A DNA stretch of 64,000 nt from Bacteriovoracia bacterium. GTDB lineage: Bacteria > Bdellovibrionota > UBA1018 > CAIPTA01. Positions 27,947-37,845 of this stretch are shown in pieces. Position numbers and translations under genes: made by a program. The stretch spans positions 96,001 through 160,000 of the forward strand of contig JBFWVL010000004.1 in the NCBI GenBank assembly GCA_050246755.1. The letters are read 5' to 3'. The notes below the pieces were generated by a model. That model saw only the letters and a list, made by a program, of their open reading frames with translations. It was not told the origin of the DNA and did no database searches. The stretch's first letter is position 1. Every line of letters begins with the position of its first letter.

Positions 27947-28747
27947 CTGAAAAATTCGTTCGGTGGTCCCCCACGTCCCCCATTTCCCCCCAGAACCGGC
28001 CCTGGTGATCGAGAGAGCCGAGAACCCCGCTTCAATGCCGATGAAAATAGAGTGAACGAGAGAATTCGCGTACCGGAGGTTCTGGTAATCGATGATCTTG
28101 GCGTGCAGCTCGGCGTGATGAATACGCGGGAGGCGCTGGCTTTGGCCCGCGAAAAAGGGCTCGACCTCGTGGAAGTGGCCGCTACGGCTCGCCCGCCGGT
28201 ATGTAAAATTCTCGATTACGGGAAGCTTAAGTATACCAAGAAGAAGAAGACCCAAGAGGCGAAGAAGAAGCAGACCGTGGTTTCCATCAAGGAAATTCAG
28301 CTCCGTCCTCGCACTGAAGATCATGATTTGGAGACGAAGTTCCGCCATTTGGCCGAATTCCTTGTTCGGGGCGATAAAGTGAAGATTACCGTTATGTTTC
28401 GTGGCCGGGAAGTGGCGTATGCCCACCAGGGCCAGCAAATGCTTTTGCGGATCATTGAGTCCGTGAAAGATATCGCCGCGCCCGAGCAATACCCAAAACT
28501 CGAAGGCCGCCGAATGATCATGGTTCTCGGCCCAACCGGGAAGCCTTCCGATGATGTGGATAAGCTTCCGGCGTTGGTGCCGCTAAGTGCCCTAAAGCCC
28601 AAGGCTTTTGAGGGCCGCATCGATAAGCCCGAAGGGGCTCCTGGCTCTTTGCCTGTCCCTAATGCCACGCCCGCTGCGGTGAGCAGTTTGCCGATTCCGG
28701 GTTCTGCGCCTGGGTCTGGTTCCGGCACGGGTGGCTCGTCTACCTAA
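27947..28747 (+). CDS. infC: Translation initiation factor IF-3 (probable CTG start)
   Basis: NERIR, LDLVEV, PPVCKILDYGK, GDKVK motifs; in-frame CTG 7 nt after AGGAG. Confidence 0.95.
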   Translation: MKNSFGGPPRPPFPPRTGPGDRESREPRFNADENRVNERIRVPEVLVIDDLGVQLGVMNTREALALAREKGLDLVEVAATARPPVCKILDYGKLKYTKKKKTQEAKKKQTVVSIKEIQLRPRTEDHDLETKFRHLAEFLVRGDKVKITVMFRGREVAYAHQGQQMLLRIIESVKDIAAPEQYPKLEGRRMIMVLGPTGKPSDDVDKLPALVPLSALKPKAFEGRIDKPEGAPGSLPVPNATPAAVSSLPIPGSAPGSGSGTGGSST

Positions 28748-28881
28748 GTTTAGCCGTGGCTTGTCATTTTTCATGGGGCTCCCAGGATAGGGAGCCCTAA
28801 CTTTTCGTGGCTATCGAAGTTGTTAGAATTGCAAAACTTATTCGGGCGAAGTATAAACGGGAGCTTCCAACAGGAGTTATC

Positions 28882-29088
28882 ATGCCCAAGCAAAAGACGA
28901 AGTCGGCCGCCAAGAAACGCTTTAAGATCACTGGCACTGGCAAAATTAAATTTCAGCACGCTGGCCGCCGCCATAATCTCGGTGGAAAGAGCCGTAAGGG
29001 AAAGCGTCAGTCGAAAAATATGGCCGTAATCCATAAGACCGACCACGAGCGCGTAATGCGTGGCCTGCCCAACGGCGGCGGCATTTAG
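28882..29088 (+). CDS. rpmI: 50S ribosomal protein L35
   Basis: MPKQKTKSAAKKRFKITGTGK; AGGAG RBS. Confidence 0.97.
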   Translation: MPKQKTKSAAKKRFKITGTGKIKFQHAGRRHNLGGKSRKGKRQSKNMAVIHKTDHERVMRGLPNGGGI

Positions 29089-29133
29089 TTTTTATTTAGT
29101 TAACAGAAGTTATTTAATTAGGTAGGAGAGAGT

Positions 29134-29493
29134 ATGCCAAGAGCAAAACGCGGAACGAAGGCACGTGCCCGCAAGAAAAAAGTTTTTAAAGAAACCGAAG
29201 GTTTCTTTATCGGTCGTAACAATAAATACAAGCGCGCCGTGGAGACTCTCCACCGTGGCTGGGTTTATGCATTCCGCGACCGTAAGGCCAACAAGCGCAA
29301 TTTCCGCGGCTTGTGGATCACCCGCATCAGCGCCGCCGCTGAATTGAACGGCACTTCGTATAGCCGCTTGATTCACGCCCTCGGCCTCTCGAATATCAAG
29401 CTGGACCGCAAGGTTCTCTCCGATATCGCGATTGCTGATCCCGTGGCTTTCACCGCGGTAGTAAAAACCGCCTCGGCCGCGCTCAAGCAATAA
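29134..29493 (+). CDS. rplT: 50S ribosomal protein L20
   Basis: MPRAKRG, AFRDRK..KRNFRGLWITRI. Confidence 0.97.
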   Translation: MPRAKRGTKARARKKKVFKETEGFFIGRNNKYKRAVETLHRGWVYAFRDRKANKRNFRGLWITRISAAAELNGTSYSRLIHALGLSNIKLDRKVLSDIAIADPVAFTAVVKTASAALKQ

Positions 29494-29526
29494 GCATTTG
29501 CGCAGCTAAAAATCGTTGTTAGAATT

Positions 29527-29552
29527 GGGGCTCATCTGAGCCCCTTTTTTTT
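29527..29552 (+). terminator. Intrinsic terminator after rplT
   Basis: GGGGCTCA-TC-TGAGCCCC followed by T8. Confidence 0.85.
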
Positions 29553-29565
29553 GAGCTAGTAGACC

Positions 29566-30594
29566 ATGAGCATTCTCGATAAACTCGCCGCCCTCCGTAC
29601 CCAATTCGAAGAGGGCCTGCCCGCCATTTCTTCGCCCGAGGATCTTTTTCAGTTTAAAGCTAAGTTTCTCGGCAAAAGCGGCGCGCTCAGCGAAGTGCTC
29701 AAGGGCCTTCGCGATGCCTCTCCTGCCGACCGACCCAAGGTGGGAGGGATGGCCAACGAGCTCCGGGATGCTTTCGAGGCCGGTATTCAGGCGCGGCTGA
29801 GTATCTTGGAAAACGCCGAGATTGAGAAGAAGCTTCAATCCGAACGCATCGACGTTACGCTGCCCGGCCGCCTCAAGCATATGGGTGCGGTTCACCCTCT
29901 AGTGCAGACCCAGGATCGCATCATCGATATTTTCAGCCGCCTCGGCTTTGCGCTCGTGTCCGGCCCTGAAGTGGAAACCGAATTCTGCAACTTCGAAGCG
30001 CTCAACGTGCCGGCGGATCATCCCGCGCGCGACATGCAGGACACGCTCTACGTGAAGAGCGGCCATCTCCTGCGCACCCAAACTTCCGCCATGCAGATTC
30101 GCGCCATGCTTGCGCAGAAGCCGCCGCTCCGTCTCGTGATGGCCGGCGCGGTATTCCGCTCCGAAAACGTGGATGCCTCGCATACGGCGATGTTTCACCA
30201 GCTGGAATGCCTCTGCGTGGATAAAAATATCACCATGGAAGATCTCAAGGGCGTCCTGGAGTTCTTTGCCCGGGAGATGTTCGGCGCCAAAACCAAGATT
30301 CGCATGCGTAGCTCCTTTTTCCCCTTCACTGAACCGAGCGTGGAAGTGGATTGCTCCTGCGTCTTTTGTGCGGGCAAGGGGTGCAAAGTTTGCAAGCAAT
30401 CGGGCTGGATCGAGATCCTGGGCGCCGGCATGGTGAATCCCGCCGTATTCGAAAAAGTGGGTTATGCGGCCGGGGAATATTCCGGCTTCGCCCTTGGCAT
30501 GGGGATCGAGCGCGTGGCGATGCTCTTGAACGACATTAACGATATCCGCCATTTCTACGATAACGACCTTCGCTTCCTCGAGCAGTTCCGATGA
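29566..30594 (+). CDS. pheS: Phenylalanine-tRNA ligase alpha subunit
   Basis: HPARDMQDT, FPFTEPS, GFALGMGIER. Confidence 0.98.
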   Translation: MSILDKLAALRTQFEEGLPAISSPEDLFQFKAKFLGKSGALSEVLKGLRDASPADRPKVGGMANELRDAFEAGIQARLSILENAEIEKKLQSERIDVTLPGRLKHMGAVHPLVQTQDRIIDIFSRLGFALVSGPEVETEFCNFEALNVPADHPARDMQDTLYVKSGHLLRTQTSAMQIRAMLAQKPPLRLVMAGAVFRSENVDASHTAMFHQLECLCVDKNITMEDLKGVLEFFAREMFGAKTKIRMRSSFFPFTEPSVEVDCSCVFCAGKGCKVCKQSGWIEILGAGMVNPAVFEKVGYAAGEYSGFALGMGIERVAMLLNDINDIRHFYDNDLRFLEQFR

Positions 30595-33080
30595 AAATTT
30601 CCTACCAATGGCTGAAAGAGTACGTTTCCCTTCCTCCCGAGGCAACGCCTCAGGAGATCGCGCACCGCCTTACTTTTGCCGGCCTCGAAGTGGAAGCCCT
30701 TGAATCACTCGCCAAAGGCCTGGAGAAAGTGGTGGTGGGGCAGATCCTTGAGCGTAAGCAGCACCCGAATGCCGATCGTCTTTCCCTTACCGTGATCGAC
30801 GTGGGCGGCCCCGCTAAGCTCGAGATCGTGTGCGGCGCGCAGAATATCGCAGCCGGGCAGAAAATTCCGGTGGCCATGATCGGCGCGCATTTGCCGAACG
30901 GCATGGATATCAAAGCGGCGAAGATCCGCAACGTGGCTTCGAGCGGAATGCTGTGCAGCCTCGATGAGCTGATGCTGCCCAAAGAGTGGCAAAGCGAAGA
31001 CGGAATCTACCAGTTGGATTCCGCTGCGAAGGTCGGCATGCCCTTCGCCGACTATCTTGGCCGCGACGACTGGATTTTTGAAGTGAACGTGACTGCCAAC
31101 CGCGGCGATGCACTCTCACATATGGGAATTGCCCGCGAGGTGGCCGCGCTCTTTGGGCAAACCACGAAGTACCCCGAGGGAAAAGTGCAGGAAACGGCGG
31201 GCGAAAGAATTTCCGCCACGATTACGAACACGGCCGGGAAAGAGGCCTGTCCGCGTTATTTTGGTCGCGTGATCGAGGGCGTAAAGATCGGTCCTTCTCC
31301 CGACTGGCTCCGCAAGCGCCTCGAAGCGATCGGCGCTCGTTCGATCAATAACGTGGTGGACGTGACGGCCTTTGTGATGTTCGAGATGGGGCAGCCGCTC
31401 CACGCCTTCGACGCCGATAAGTTGCGCGCAGGGAAAGATTCCATCGCCATCACGGTGCGCGATGCCGCCGAAGGGGAGAAATTCAAAACCCTCGCCGATA
31501 AAGAAGTTTCGCTTAAGGCGGGGGATATCGTGATTGCGGCCGGGGCGGATGCCCACGCCGTGGCGCTTGCCGGGGTGATTGGCGGCAAGAATTCCGAAGT
31601 GGACGACAGTACCACCAATATTTTTCTCGAAGCCGCTGAGTTTCATCCGGTGCGTGTGCGTAAAACGGGGCGTCGCCTCGCTACGCTAACCGATGCCGGC
31701 TACCGCTTCGAGCGCGGCGTGGACACGGGCCGGATCGCTTGGGCCGCTGATCGCGCCTCGGAACTGATCGCAAAGGTAGCGGGCGGGCAAGTGCGCAAGC
31801 TGGTGAGCGCCGCGGGCTCCTCCGACGAAGAGCCGCGCCAGCAAATTCGCTTGCGTCTTTCCGATCTGCAAAAAACCTTGGGAAAATCTCCCGAGCTTCA
31901 GACCGTGATTCAAATTTTGCGTGGCTTAGGCATTCCTGCCGAGTCCGCCGCGGGCGAGCAGGGCGTGGTGAGCGTGCAGATCCCGCGCTGGCGTAAAGAC
32001 TTGAAGCGCACCATCGATCTCGTGGAAGAAGTGGCGCGCATTTGGGGCTTTGACCACTTGGAATCGAAGCTTCCACTCGGGGGAGTGGGAGAGGCCGAAG
32101 GCACGAATTCCCGCCGAAATTCTTATTTTCAGGTGCGTCGGGTGCGCCGTCACTTGGCTTCTCTTGGATTTTTCGAAGCGCTGAACTATGCGTTCACTTC
32201 GGAAGAAATTCTCCGCAAGGCCCATAGCGAAGAGGAGCTCAAGGCCACGGTGGAGATTGCCAATCCTGTGACCAGCGATTTCTCCGTGCTGAAGCCGAGC
32301 CTCGTGACCGGCCTTTTGCAAAACGTGGTGCATAACTTCGCCCACGGTTCCCGCGATCTGCGTTTGTTTGAAGTGCGCCGCTCCTTCGCTAGGGCGGAAA
32401 AGCCTAACAGCCCCGATCCCCGCCTCGATACGGGCGTAAAGGAGGATACGCAAATCGCCCTTCTTCTTACCGGCAGTGAAGTAGACGAATTTTGGCAAGG
32501 GAAGGCGAGCTCGGTGGACTACTATTCCATCAAGGGCGCACTTGAGTCGATTTTCGAAATGCTGAGCCTCGGCGGAGTTCAGTTTCAGCCGGGAACGGAC
32601 CGTGGATTTCTACATCCTGGCCAGAGTGCCACGGTGATCGTGGCGGGCAAGCCCGCGGGCTACGTGGGTCGCTTGCACCCGCGCGTAGAAAAAAACTTCG
32701 AGTTCGGGCAGGATGTTTTCTTCGCCGAGATCCGTCTCGATGCGCTGATTAGCGATGAAAAACGAACGCTTCTCTTTAAGGAGTTCTCGAATTTCCCTCT
32801 CGTGGAGCGGGATTTTTCTGTGCTTGTGAAAGATTCGGTGAACGCCCAAATGATCCGGGGGCTCGTGACGAAATTAGCGAAGCCCCTGCTGCGTAATTTT
32901 CATTTCTTCGATGTCTATAAGGGATCCCGCGTGCCGGAAGGGCATACTAGTTATGCCTTTCGCATCGAGCTCGGCGCGAACGATCACACGCTAGCGGATG
33001 CGGAAATCACTGCCGTACAGGAAAAAATCATGAAAGAGCTCGAGAAAGAGCTCCAGGCGAAGTTCGCCGGCCTAAACTAA
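30591..33080 (+). CDS. pheT: Phenylalanine-tRNA ligase beta subunit
   Basis: HPNADRL, CGAQN, NRGD.LS..GIARE, RFERGVD, C-terminal FDX-ACB domain. Confidence 0.98.
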   Translation: MKISYQWLKEYVSLPPEATPQEIAHRLTFAGLEVEALESLAKGLEKVVVGQILERKQHPNADRLSLTVIDVGGPAKLEIVCGAQNIAAGQKIPVAMIGAHLPNGMDIKAAKIRNVASSGMLCSLDELMLPKEWQSEDGIYQLDSAAKVGMPFADYLGRDDWIFEVNVTANRGDALSHMGIAREVAALFGQTTKYPEGKVQETAGERISATITNTAGKEACPRYFGRVIEGVKIGPSPDWLRKRLEAIGARSINNVVDVTAFVMFEMGQPLHAFDADKLRAGKDSIAITVRDAAEGEKFKTLADKEVSLKAGDIVIAAGADAHAVALAGVIGGKNSEVDDSTTNIFLEAAEFHPVRVRKTGRRLATLTDAGYRFERGVDTGRIAWAADRASELIAKVAGGQVRKLVSAAGSSDEEPRQQIRLRLSDLQKTLGKSPELQTVIQILRGLGIPAESAAGEQGVVSVQIPRWRKDLKRTIDLVEEVARIWGFDHLESKLPLGGVGEAEGTNSRRNSYFQVRRVRRHLASLGFFEALNYAFTSEEILRKAHSEEELKATVEIANPVTSDFSVLKPSLVTGLLQNVVHNFAHGSRDLRLFEVRRSFARAEKPNSPDPRLDTGVKEDTQIALLLTGSEVDEFWQGKASSVDYYSIKGALESIFEMLSLGGVQFQPGTDRGFLHPGQSATVIVAGKPAGYVGRLHPRVEKNFEFGQDVFFAEIRLDALISDEKRTLLFKEFSNFPLVERDFSVLVKDSVNAQMIRGLVTKLAKPLLRNFHFFDVYKGSRVPEGHTSYAFRIELGANDHTLADAEITAVQEKIMKELEKELQAKFAGLN

Positions 33081-33175
33081 CGATATTTCTCGAGAAATTT
33101 GCTTATTAAGTATTGCCTTTTGATTCAAATAGCTTAGCCTAGATCTATCAGCTCATTACGGAAAATGGGGGGCCA

Positions 33176-33496
33176 ATGACCAAGGCTGAACTGATCGAGG
33201 CTGTGTATAGTAAAGTAGGGATTTCAAAGAAGGAATCCGCCGATCTTGTGGAAATGATCTTCGACACCATGAAGGACACTTTGTCTAACGGTGAGAAGAT
33301 TAAGATTTCTGGATTCGGTAATTTCGTGGTGCGTGAAAAACGTTCGCGAATGGGGCGTAACCCGCAAACGGGTGAGTCCATGGAGATCTCCGCGCGTCGC
33401 GTGTTGACCTTCCGTCCTTCTCAAGTACTCAAGAACGACCTAAATGGCGGCGAAGGCCCCGTGGGCGACGATGAGGATGACGATGATGCAGAATGA
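33176..33496 (+). CDS. ihfA: Integration host factor alpha
   Basis: MTKAEL, ISGFGNF, GRNPQTG; conserved position after pheT. Confidence 0.95.
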   Translation: MTKAELIEAVYSKVGISKKESADLVEMIFDTMKDTLSNGEKIKISGFGNFVVREKRSRMGRNPQTGESMEISARRVLTFRPSQVLKNDLNGGEGPVGDDEDDDDAE

Positions 33497-33917
33497 GCAT
33501 TTGCCGTCTCTTTCTGAGCTCACGAACTCGTCTTTGCCCTTATCGGCCGACGAAAAAATTCCTTCCATCCCAGATCGTATGTATTTTCGCATCGGAGACG
33601 TAGCCGAAATCGCGGGCGTGCAGCCGTACGTGCTGCGATTCTGGGAGAAAGAATTCGATTTCTTGGCTCCCATTAAGAACGCGTCTGGGCAGCGCTTATA
33701 CCGCAAGGGCGACGTGGAATCCGTGCTTCTGATTAAGCGCCTGCTTTACCTAGAGCGCTATTCGATCGAAGGCGCGAAAAAGCGCATCAAAGAATTACGC
33801 AAAGAAGGCGGTCTGAAGAACGCTAAGCGCGAACGCTCGGCCCTCGACGATCATAAGATCGAGTGCATCCGCACCGTGAAGGAAGAGCTCAGAAGCCTCA
33901 TCGATCTCGTATCGTAA
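33486..33917 (+). CDS. MerR-family regulator
   Basis: YFRIGDVA...YVLRFWEKEF...YSIEGAK; conserved ihfA neighbour; start approximate. Confidence 0.9.
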   Translation: MQNEHLPSLSELTNSSLPLSADEKIPSIPDRMYFRIGDVAEIAGVQPYVLRFWEKEFDFLAPIKNASGQRLYRKGDVESVLLIKRLLYLERYSIEGAKKRIKELRKEGGLKNAKRERSALDDHKIECIRTVKEELRSLIDLVS

Positions 33918-33931
33918 GAGTTTCTCGGCGA

Positions 33932-33970
33932 GAATCCCGATTTGGCCTGCGCGCCGGATCGGGATTTTTC
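33932..33970 (+). terminator. Probable terminator
   Basis: AATCCCGAT...ATCGGGATT stem followed by a T-run. Confidence 0.6.
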
Positions 33971-34020
33971 ATTTGTGGCGACACATGAATTTGTAACTAG
34001 TGAGAACTTCTAGGTAACGC

Positions 34021-34873
34021 ATGGCTTCTACCACGTCGCAAGTAAAAGAGATCTGCGCTACGGTAGCGCGCTGGGAGAAGCCACCTTCCGGGGATTCGGG
34101 CCGTAAACGTGCGCAATGGATTCGCGCTACCGAAGAACACATTGAGGCGGCCTGGAAAAAAGCAAACGTGAAGGAAGTGCTAGAGGAGCGAGGGCGCGTG
34201 ATCGCTTTGTTCCTGCACTATTCACGGACTAAACCGATGGTGCGTGGCCAGAAGTCTCTGCTTTTCCGCTTTCATCCGCGCCACCGCAAGCAAGCGCTCC
34301 GCTGGGTTTGCGGCAAGATCGCCCAAAATCGCAACGCGTATACCTCTTTCACGGAAGCCGGGGGTTGCGCTGCGCGGACTGCTCCAAGCAAAAAATCCTC
34401 CCCTGAATTTAGACCACCTCGGCCTGACTATCCGGAAGTTAAGCCCGAAAGACATTTCCTCGGTGATGCGTCTGCAGCGAAAGGTTTTCACGAAAATTCC
34501 CGAGCGCGGGTACTACTCCCATATGCCGAGTCGTATGGCCTCCGATCGCCGTGAATATTTGGCGGTGATGCGGGATCCGAAGAGGGGATTTCTCTTTGGC
34601 GTTTTCCGAGGGCAAAAGCTTTTAGGTTACTTCGCCTTATTTATCTATCGCAGCTCCCTGGCCGACGCGAGAGCCGGGACGAGCCTTACCTTTGATTTTT
34701 CCATTCAGGGGAGGGGCATAGCCCAAACCGCCTACCGCATCATGCTGGAAGAGATGAAGCGCCGAAGGGTTCGCAGCTTTCACGGAGGAACTTCGCAACC
34801 CGCAGTGCTGGGGCTAGCGAAAATCATGAGGCGCAAAACCGTTTCCTACTTGTTGCGTTACAAAAAGAGTTAA
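34021..34873 (+). pseudogene. GNAT acetyltransferase-like gene split across two frames
   Basis: Overlapping ORFs 34021-34554 and 34244-34873; the second carries the QGRGIA acetyl-CoA motif; G5 run at 34360-34364. Confidence 0.55.
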
Positions 34874-34991
34874 GTGCTGGTAAACGCAGGGTAACGCAAA
34901 GCTTCTATAACGTTCGCTCTAAAATACGGCACACGAAAGCCATACACGGCATCGTGACGACTTTTCACCCGAAAATGCCGAAAAGAATCAC

Positions 34992-36263
34992 GTGAAGTAC
35001 TTCCTACTCCTCAGTTTATTTCTAACTTTGTCCTCCGCCTTCGCGCTCACTCCCGAAGTGAAGCAGCTCGTGCGCCACGAGACGAAGTCTAATGGCGTGT
35101 CTGTGCGTGCCGAAGTCAAGATCGCGCTCCGCCATTTTGAGATTCCCGTCGATGAGGTGGCCTTGGACATTTCGGAGCGGCTTCCACCCGAAGTCCGCGA
35201 ATCGCTGCTTTTTACCAAAAACGGCCGCCAGTATTTGCGCTGGCTGATCAATCCTGAAGACAGGAAATGGTACCGAGAGGTGAAGGCGTACTTAAAAAAG
35301 AAGAACCTCGATAATAAGGAATACAAATATTTCGACGGTTACCAGACGGCTTCGCGGAGCTATATCGTGGAGGATCCCAAATCCCACGCGGAGTTTTCGC
35401 TCAAAGTTTCTACCGATACCACGGGCGGGCACTGGAAAGACAAAAAGCAAACCGCCCAGGACGCGATCGACGTGCGGCGCTCCACTGACTTCGTGGTGGA
35501 TTTAGGCAGAAAAGAGCCTTTTAGGAATTTCGTTCTGCTCGATGAACCTGCGGCCTTTACCTTGCCTTCCATCGATCAGGGCGTGATCGTGCGCACCCTG
35601 TATGACCTTCCCGACTCGCAAAAATACTATTTACCCGGGTTTTCCGCCGTGCATACCCAGGCCGGCGAAGAAATCGCGAAACTGAACGGAGCCACGAACG
35701 TGGCGGCCTTTTGGGAAGAGCATTACGTGAAGCCGCTGGCGCGTTCGCTCGCGGAACTGGCCGCCCGGGCGGGGATTGCCTACGATTCTCCGCATTCCCA
35801 GAATTTTTTGGTGGAGCTTGACGCTGATTTTCGTCCCACGGGAAAAATCGTATTGCGGGATCTAGGTGATATTTTTCTCACGCCGGAGCTGACGGTCGCG
35901 GCCGGGGGCGAGAGAGTGGTGAAGCGCTGGCCGGAAAAAAATATCACGAGGCGGAGAATCAGCGCCGGAGTGGGAATTCTGCACGGAAATGTGTTCCCCA
36001 GTTGGCTCGATGAGGCCGGTTACGATAAGTGGGGCAAGACTTTCTTTCAGGAATACGAGAAAGAGCTTACCCGGATAACCGGCGTTTCCAGTTTTTTTGG
36101 CGAATATAAAAAAAATCTTCGCTACTTTTCGAAGGCTTACTACGTGGACGGCAGCGAATGGCAAAAATACATTACCCGGGTGAAGGCCGCCCGCGTAAAC
36201 GAACGCTGGCTTATTCCGACCGGCGTCGATTGTGCCAATGCGTTTTCCCTGATGAAAGACTAA
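34992..36263 (+). CDS. Secreted IucA/IucC (NIS synthetase)-like protein
   Basis: Signal peptide; TASRS, SLKVS, PHSQNFLV, LRDLGD motifs. Confidence 0.65.
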   Translation: MKYFLLLSLFLTLSSAFALTPEVKQLVRHETKSNGVSVRAEVKIALRHFEIPVDEVALDISERLPPEVRESLLFTKNGRQYLRWLINPEDRKWYREVKAYLKKKNLDNKEYKYFDGYQTASRSYIVEDPKSHAEFSLKVSTDTTGGHWKDKKQTAQDAIDVRRSTDFVVDLGRKEPFRNFVLLDEPAAFTLPSIDQGVIVRTLYDLPDSQKYYLPGFSAVHTQAGEEIAKLNGATNVAAFWEEHYVKPLARSLAELAARAGIAYDSPHSQNFLVELDADFRPTGKIVLRDLGDIFLTPELTVAAGGERVVKRWPEKNITRRRISAGVGILHGNVFPSWLDEAGYDKWGKTFFQEYEKELTRITGVSSFFGEYKKNLRYFSKAYYVDGSEWQKYITRVKAARVNERWLIPTGVDCANAFSLMKD

Positions 36264-37255
36264 TTCGGGTCCGGCTGGGGCAATCCTACGGCGGCGATGG
36301 AGCCGGCGAGTTTCATGCCATAGAATCCGTCACTGCGCTTGGCGGCGAGACTATCAAGCATGGACTGCAGCGTAGGCAGCGCGCGCAGCAGCCTGTCGGA
36401 GGGCTTGAGGCGTAAACGCAGATCGAGTCGGGAATAATTCACGGGTTCCGCCAGCTGAATATTTCCTTCCACGCGGAGCTCGAGGTCTTTGGTGGGGCCG
36501 CCGAGCTGCACTTTTTCGAGCAATAATTTTCCGCGCAGGAGCTTGGCTTGGATCTCCAGGGGTCCAAGGTCTAAGATTGGCAGCGCCACGGGCAGCTGGA
36601 GCGAAGCGGGATCGAGCACGATGTTTTTGCCGGCTGCGCGGATGGTACCGTCGCCCTTCGACAGGCGCTGGCCTTCGAGAGAGAGGTCGGTGATGAGCGA
36701 AGTGAGAACGCCCTTGAGATCGATACCGGCCTGGGAAAGTGGGGTAAAGGAGGCAAGATCGAGATTTTCCACCTGCAGGCTCACGTCGGTATTGCTGCCG
36801 AGAGAAAAACTGCCGCTGAAATTTCCCTTATAGGCCTCGGCCGAAAACGATCCGCGGAAATTGGGGGTGGGGCCGGATGGGATCAAGCTCAGTAAGCTTG
36901 GGTAGATCTGCATTTTGGTGATGCTGGCACCACTACCTATCTGAAATTTAGGCTCCAGCTCGAGCTTCTCGAATACGAGGTGAGGAAGAAAAAAAAGACG
37001 GAAGCCCACTTTATCGGCACGCCAATTATAGGGAGTATTCAGATTCAATTGCGTGAGGGTGAGGTTAGTTACCGCGGAGTCGGGCACCTTCATAATCATG
37101 AAAAAGAGGAGCGCCACGAGAAAAATCAGGACGTAGGCGGCGATCTTCATCGCTTTTTTGCCGCGTGATACCGGCGCGGCTGGTTCGGTGGGAGTGGCTT
37201 CCGATTTTTTCCCTCGAGAGGAAAGAAGATTGGTGTCGAGAGTGTCTACCGCCAC
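36260..37255 (-). CDS. gspN: T2SS protein N
   Basis: N-terminal TM helix, beta-rich body, last gene of the gsp operon. Confidence 0.75.
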   Translation of the reverse strand: MAVDTLDTNLLSSRGKKSEATPTEPAAPVSRGKKAMKIAAYVLIFLVALLFFMIMKVPDSAVTNLTLTQLNLNTPYNWRADKVGFRLFFLPHLVFEKLELEPKFQIGSGASITKMQIYPSLLSLIPSGPTPNFRGSFSAEAYKGNFSGSFSLGSNTDVSLQVENLDLASFTPLSQAGIDLKGVLTSLITDLSLEGQRLSKGDGTIRAAGKNIVLDPASLQLPVALPILDLGPLEIQAKLLRGKLLLEKVQLGGPTKDLELRVEGNIQLAEPVNYSRLDLRLRLKPSDRLLRALPTLQSMLDSLAAKRSDGFYGMKLAGSIAAVGLPQPDPN

Positions 37256-37842
37256 TAGAGGCCTCCCACTTTCGGGATCTTCCGCACGAGCAGCTCGGCC
37301 CAGAGGTAACCTTCAGGATCGTCTTTATTGTCGATCGAAAGCTTTTCCACCGCGGCGCCCGCGTTCGACTGCTCCACGAGGTAGAGCATACGCACGAGCT
37401 GGCGGAGCGAAATTTTGGTCAGCTTCACCGTGACGCCATTATTTTTTTCGTCCCCGATTTCCACGTTGGATTTGGAAATCAAGGATTTTTGGGTGGCGCG
37501 CTCGGCGAAGGCGGTCACGGGCAGGTTCACGTCGAAGTCGCGCAGCAGGGAATCGGAATTTTGATTGCGGGCTTCGGCCTTGAGCTCCTCGATGCGAGCG
37601 GCGGCGTTCTGGGCGTAGCGGATATCTTCTTCCATCGCGGCGAGCTCGCTTTTGAGCACCATCGTGCGGCCCCATAGCGTGAAGAAGGTGACGAGGAGCA
37701 CGAGCACGAAGGCGGCGAAGGAGCCGATGATGATGTAACTCTGGGTTTGGCCGTCGAGCTCGGCGAATTTCTGGCGAATTTTTAAAATCTGTTCGTTATC
37801 CCAGACTTGTTCGCGAAGCTCCAGTTTCAGTTTTTGCCACAT
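37255..37842 (-). CDS. gspM: T2SS protein M-like
   Basis: TM helix, coiled coil and ferredoxin-like C-terminus; operon position. Confidence 0.7.
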   Translation of the reverse strand: MWQKLKLELREQVWDNEQILKIRQKFAELDGQTQSYIIIGSFAAFVLVLLVTFFTLWGRTMVLKSELAAMEEDIRYAQNAAARIEELKAEARNQNSDSLLRDFDVNLPVTAFAERATQKSLISKSNVEIGDEKNNGVTVKLTKISLRQLVRMLYLVEQSNAGAAVEKLSIDNKDDPEGYLWAELLVRKIPKVGGL

Positions 37843-37845
37843 ACC

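Noticed and set aside
27728-28489. 253-aa minus-strand ORF over infC
   Set aside because: Shadow of a conserved gene and its promoter.
33918-34020. tRNA-Pro, often found after ihfA-merR
   Set aside because: No cloverleaf seen, only a terminator hairpin.
34874-34991. Short repeated words (AACGCA, ACGGCA) and GCCGAAAA
   Set aside because: Too short and irregular; the possible sigma28 -10 element lacks a good -35.
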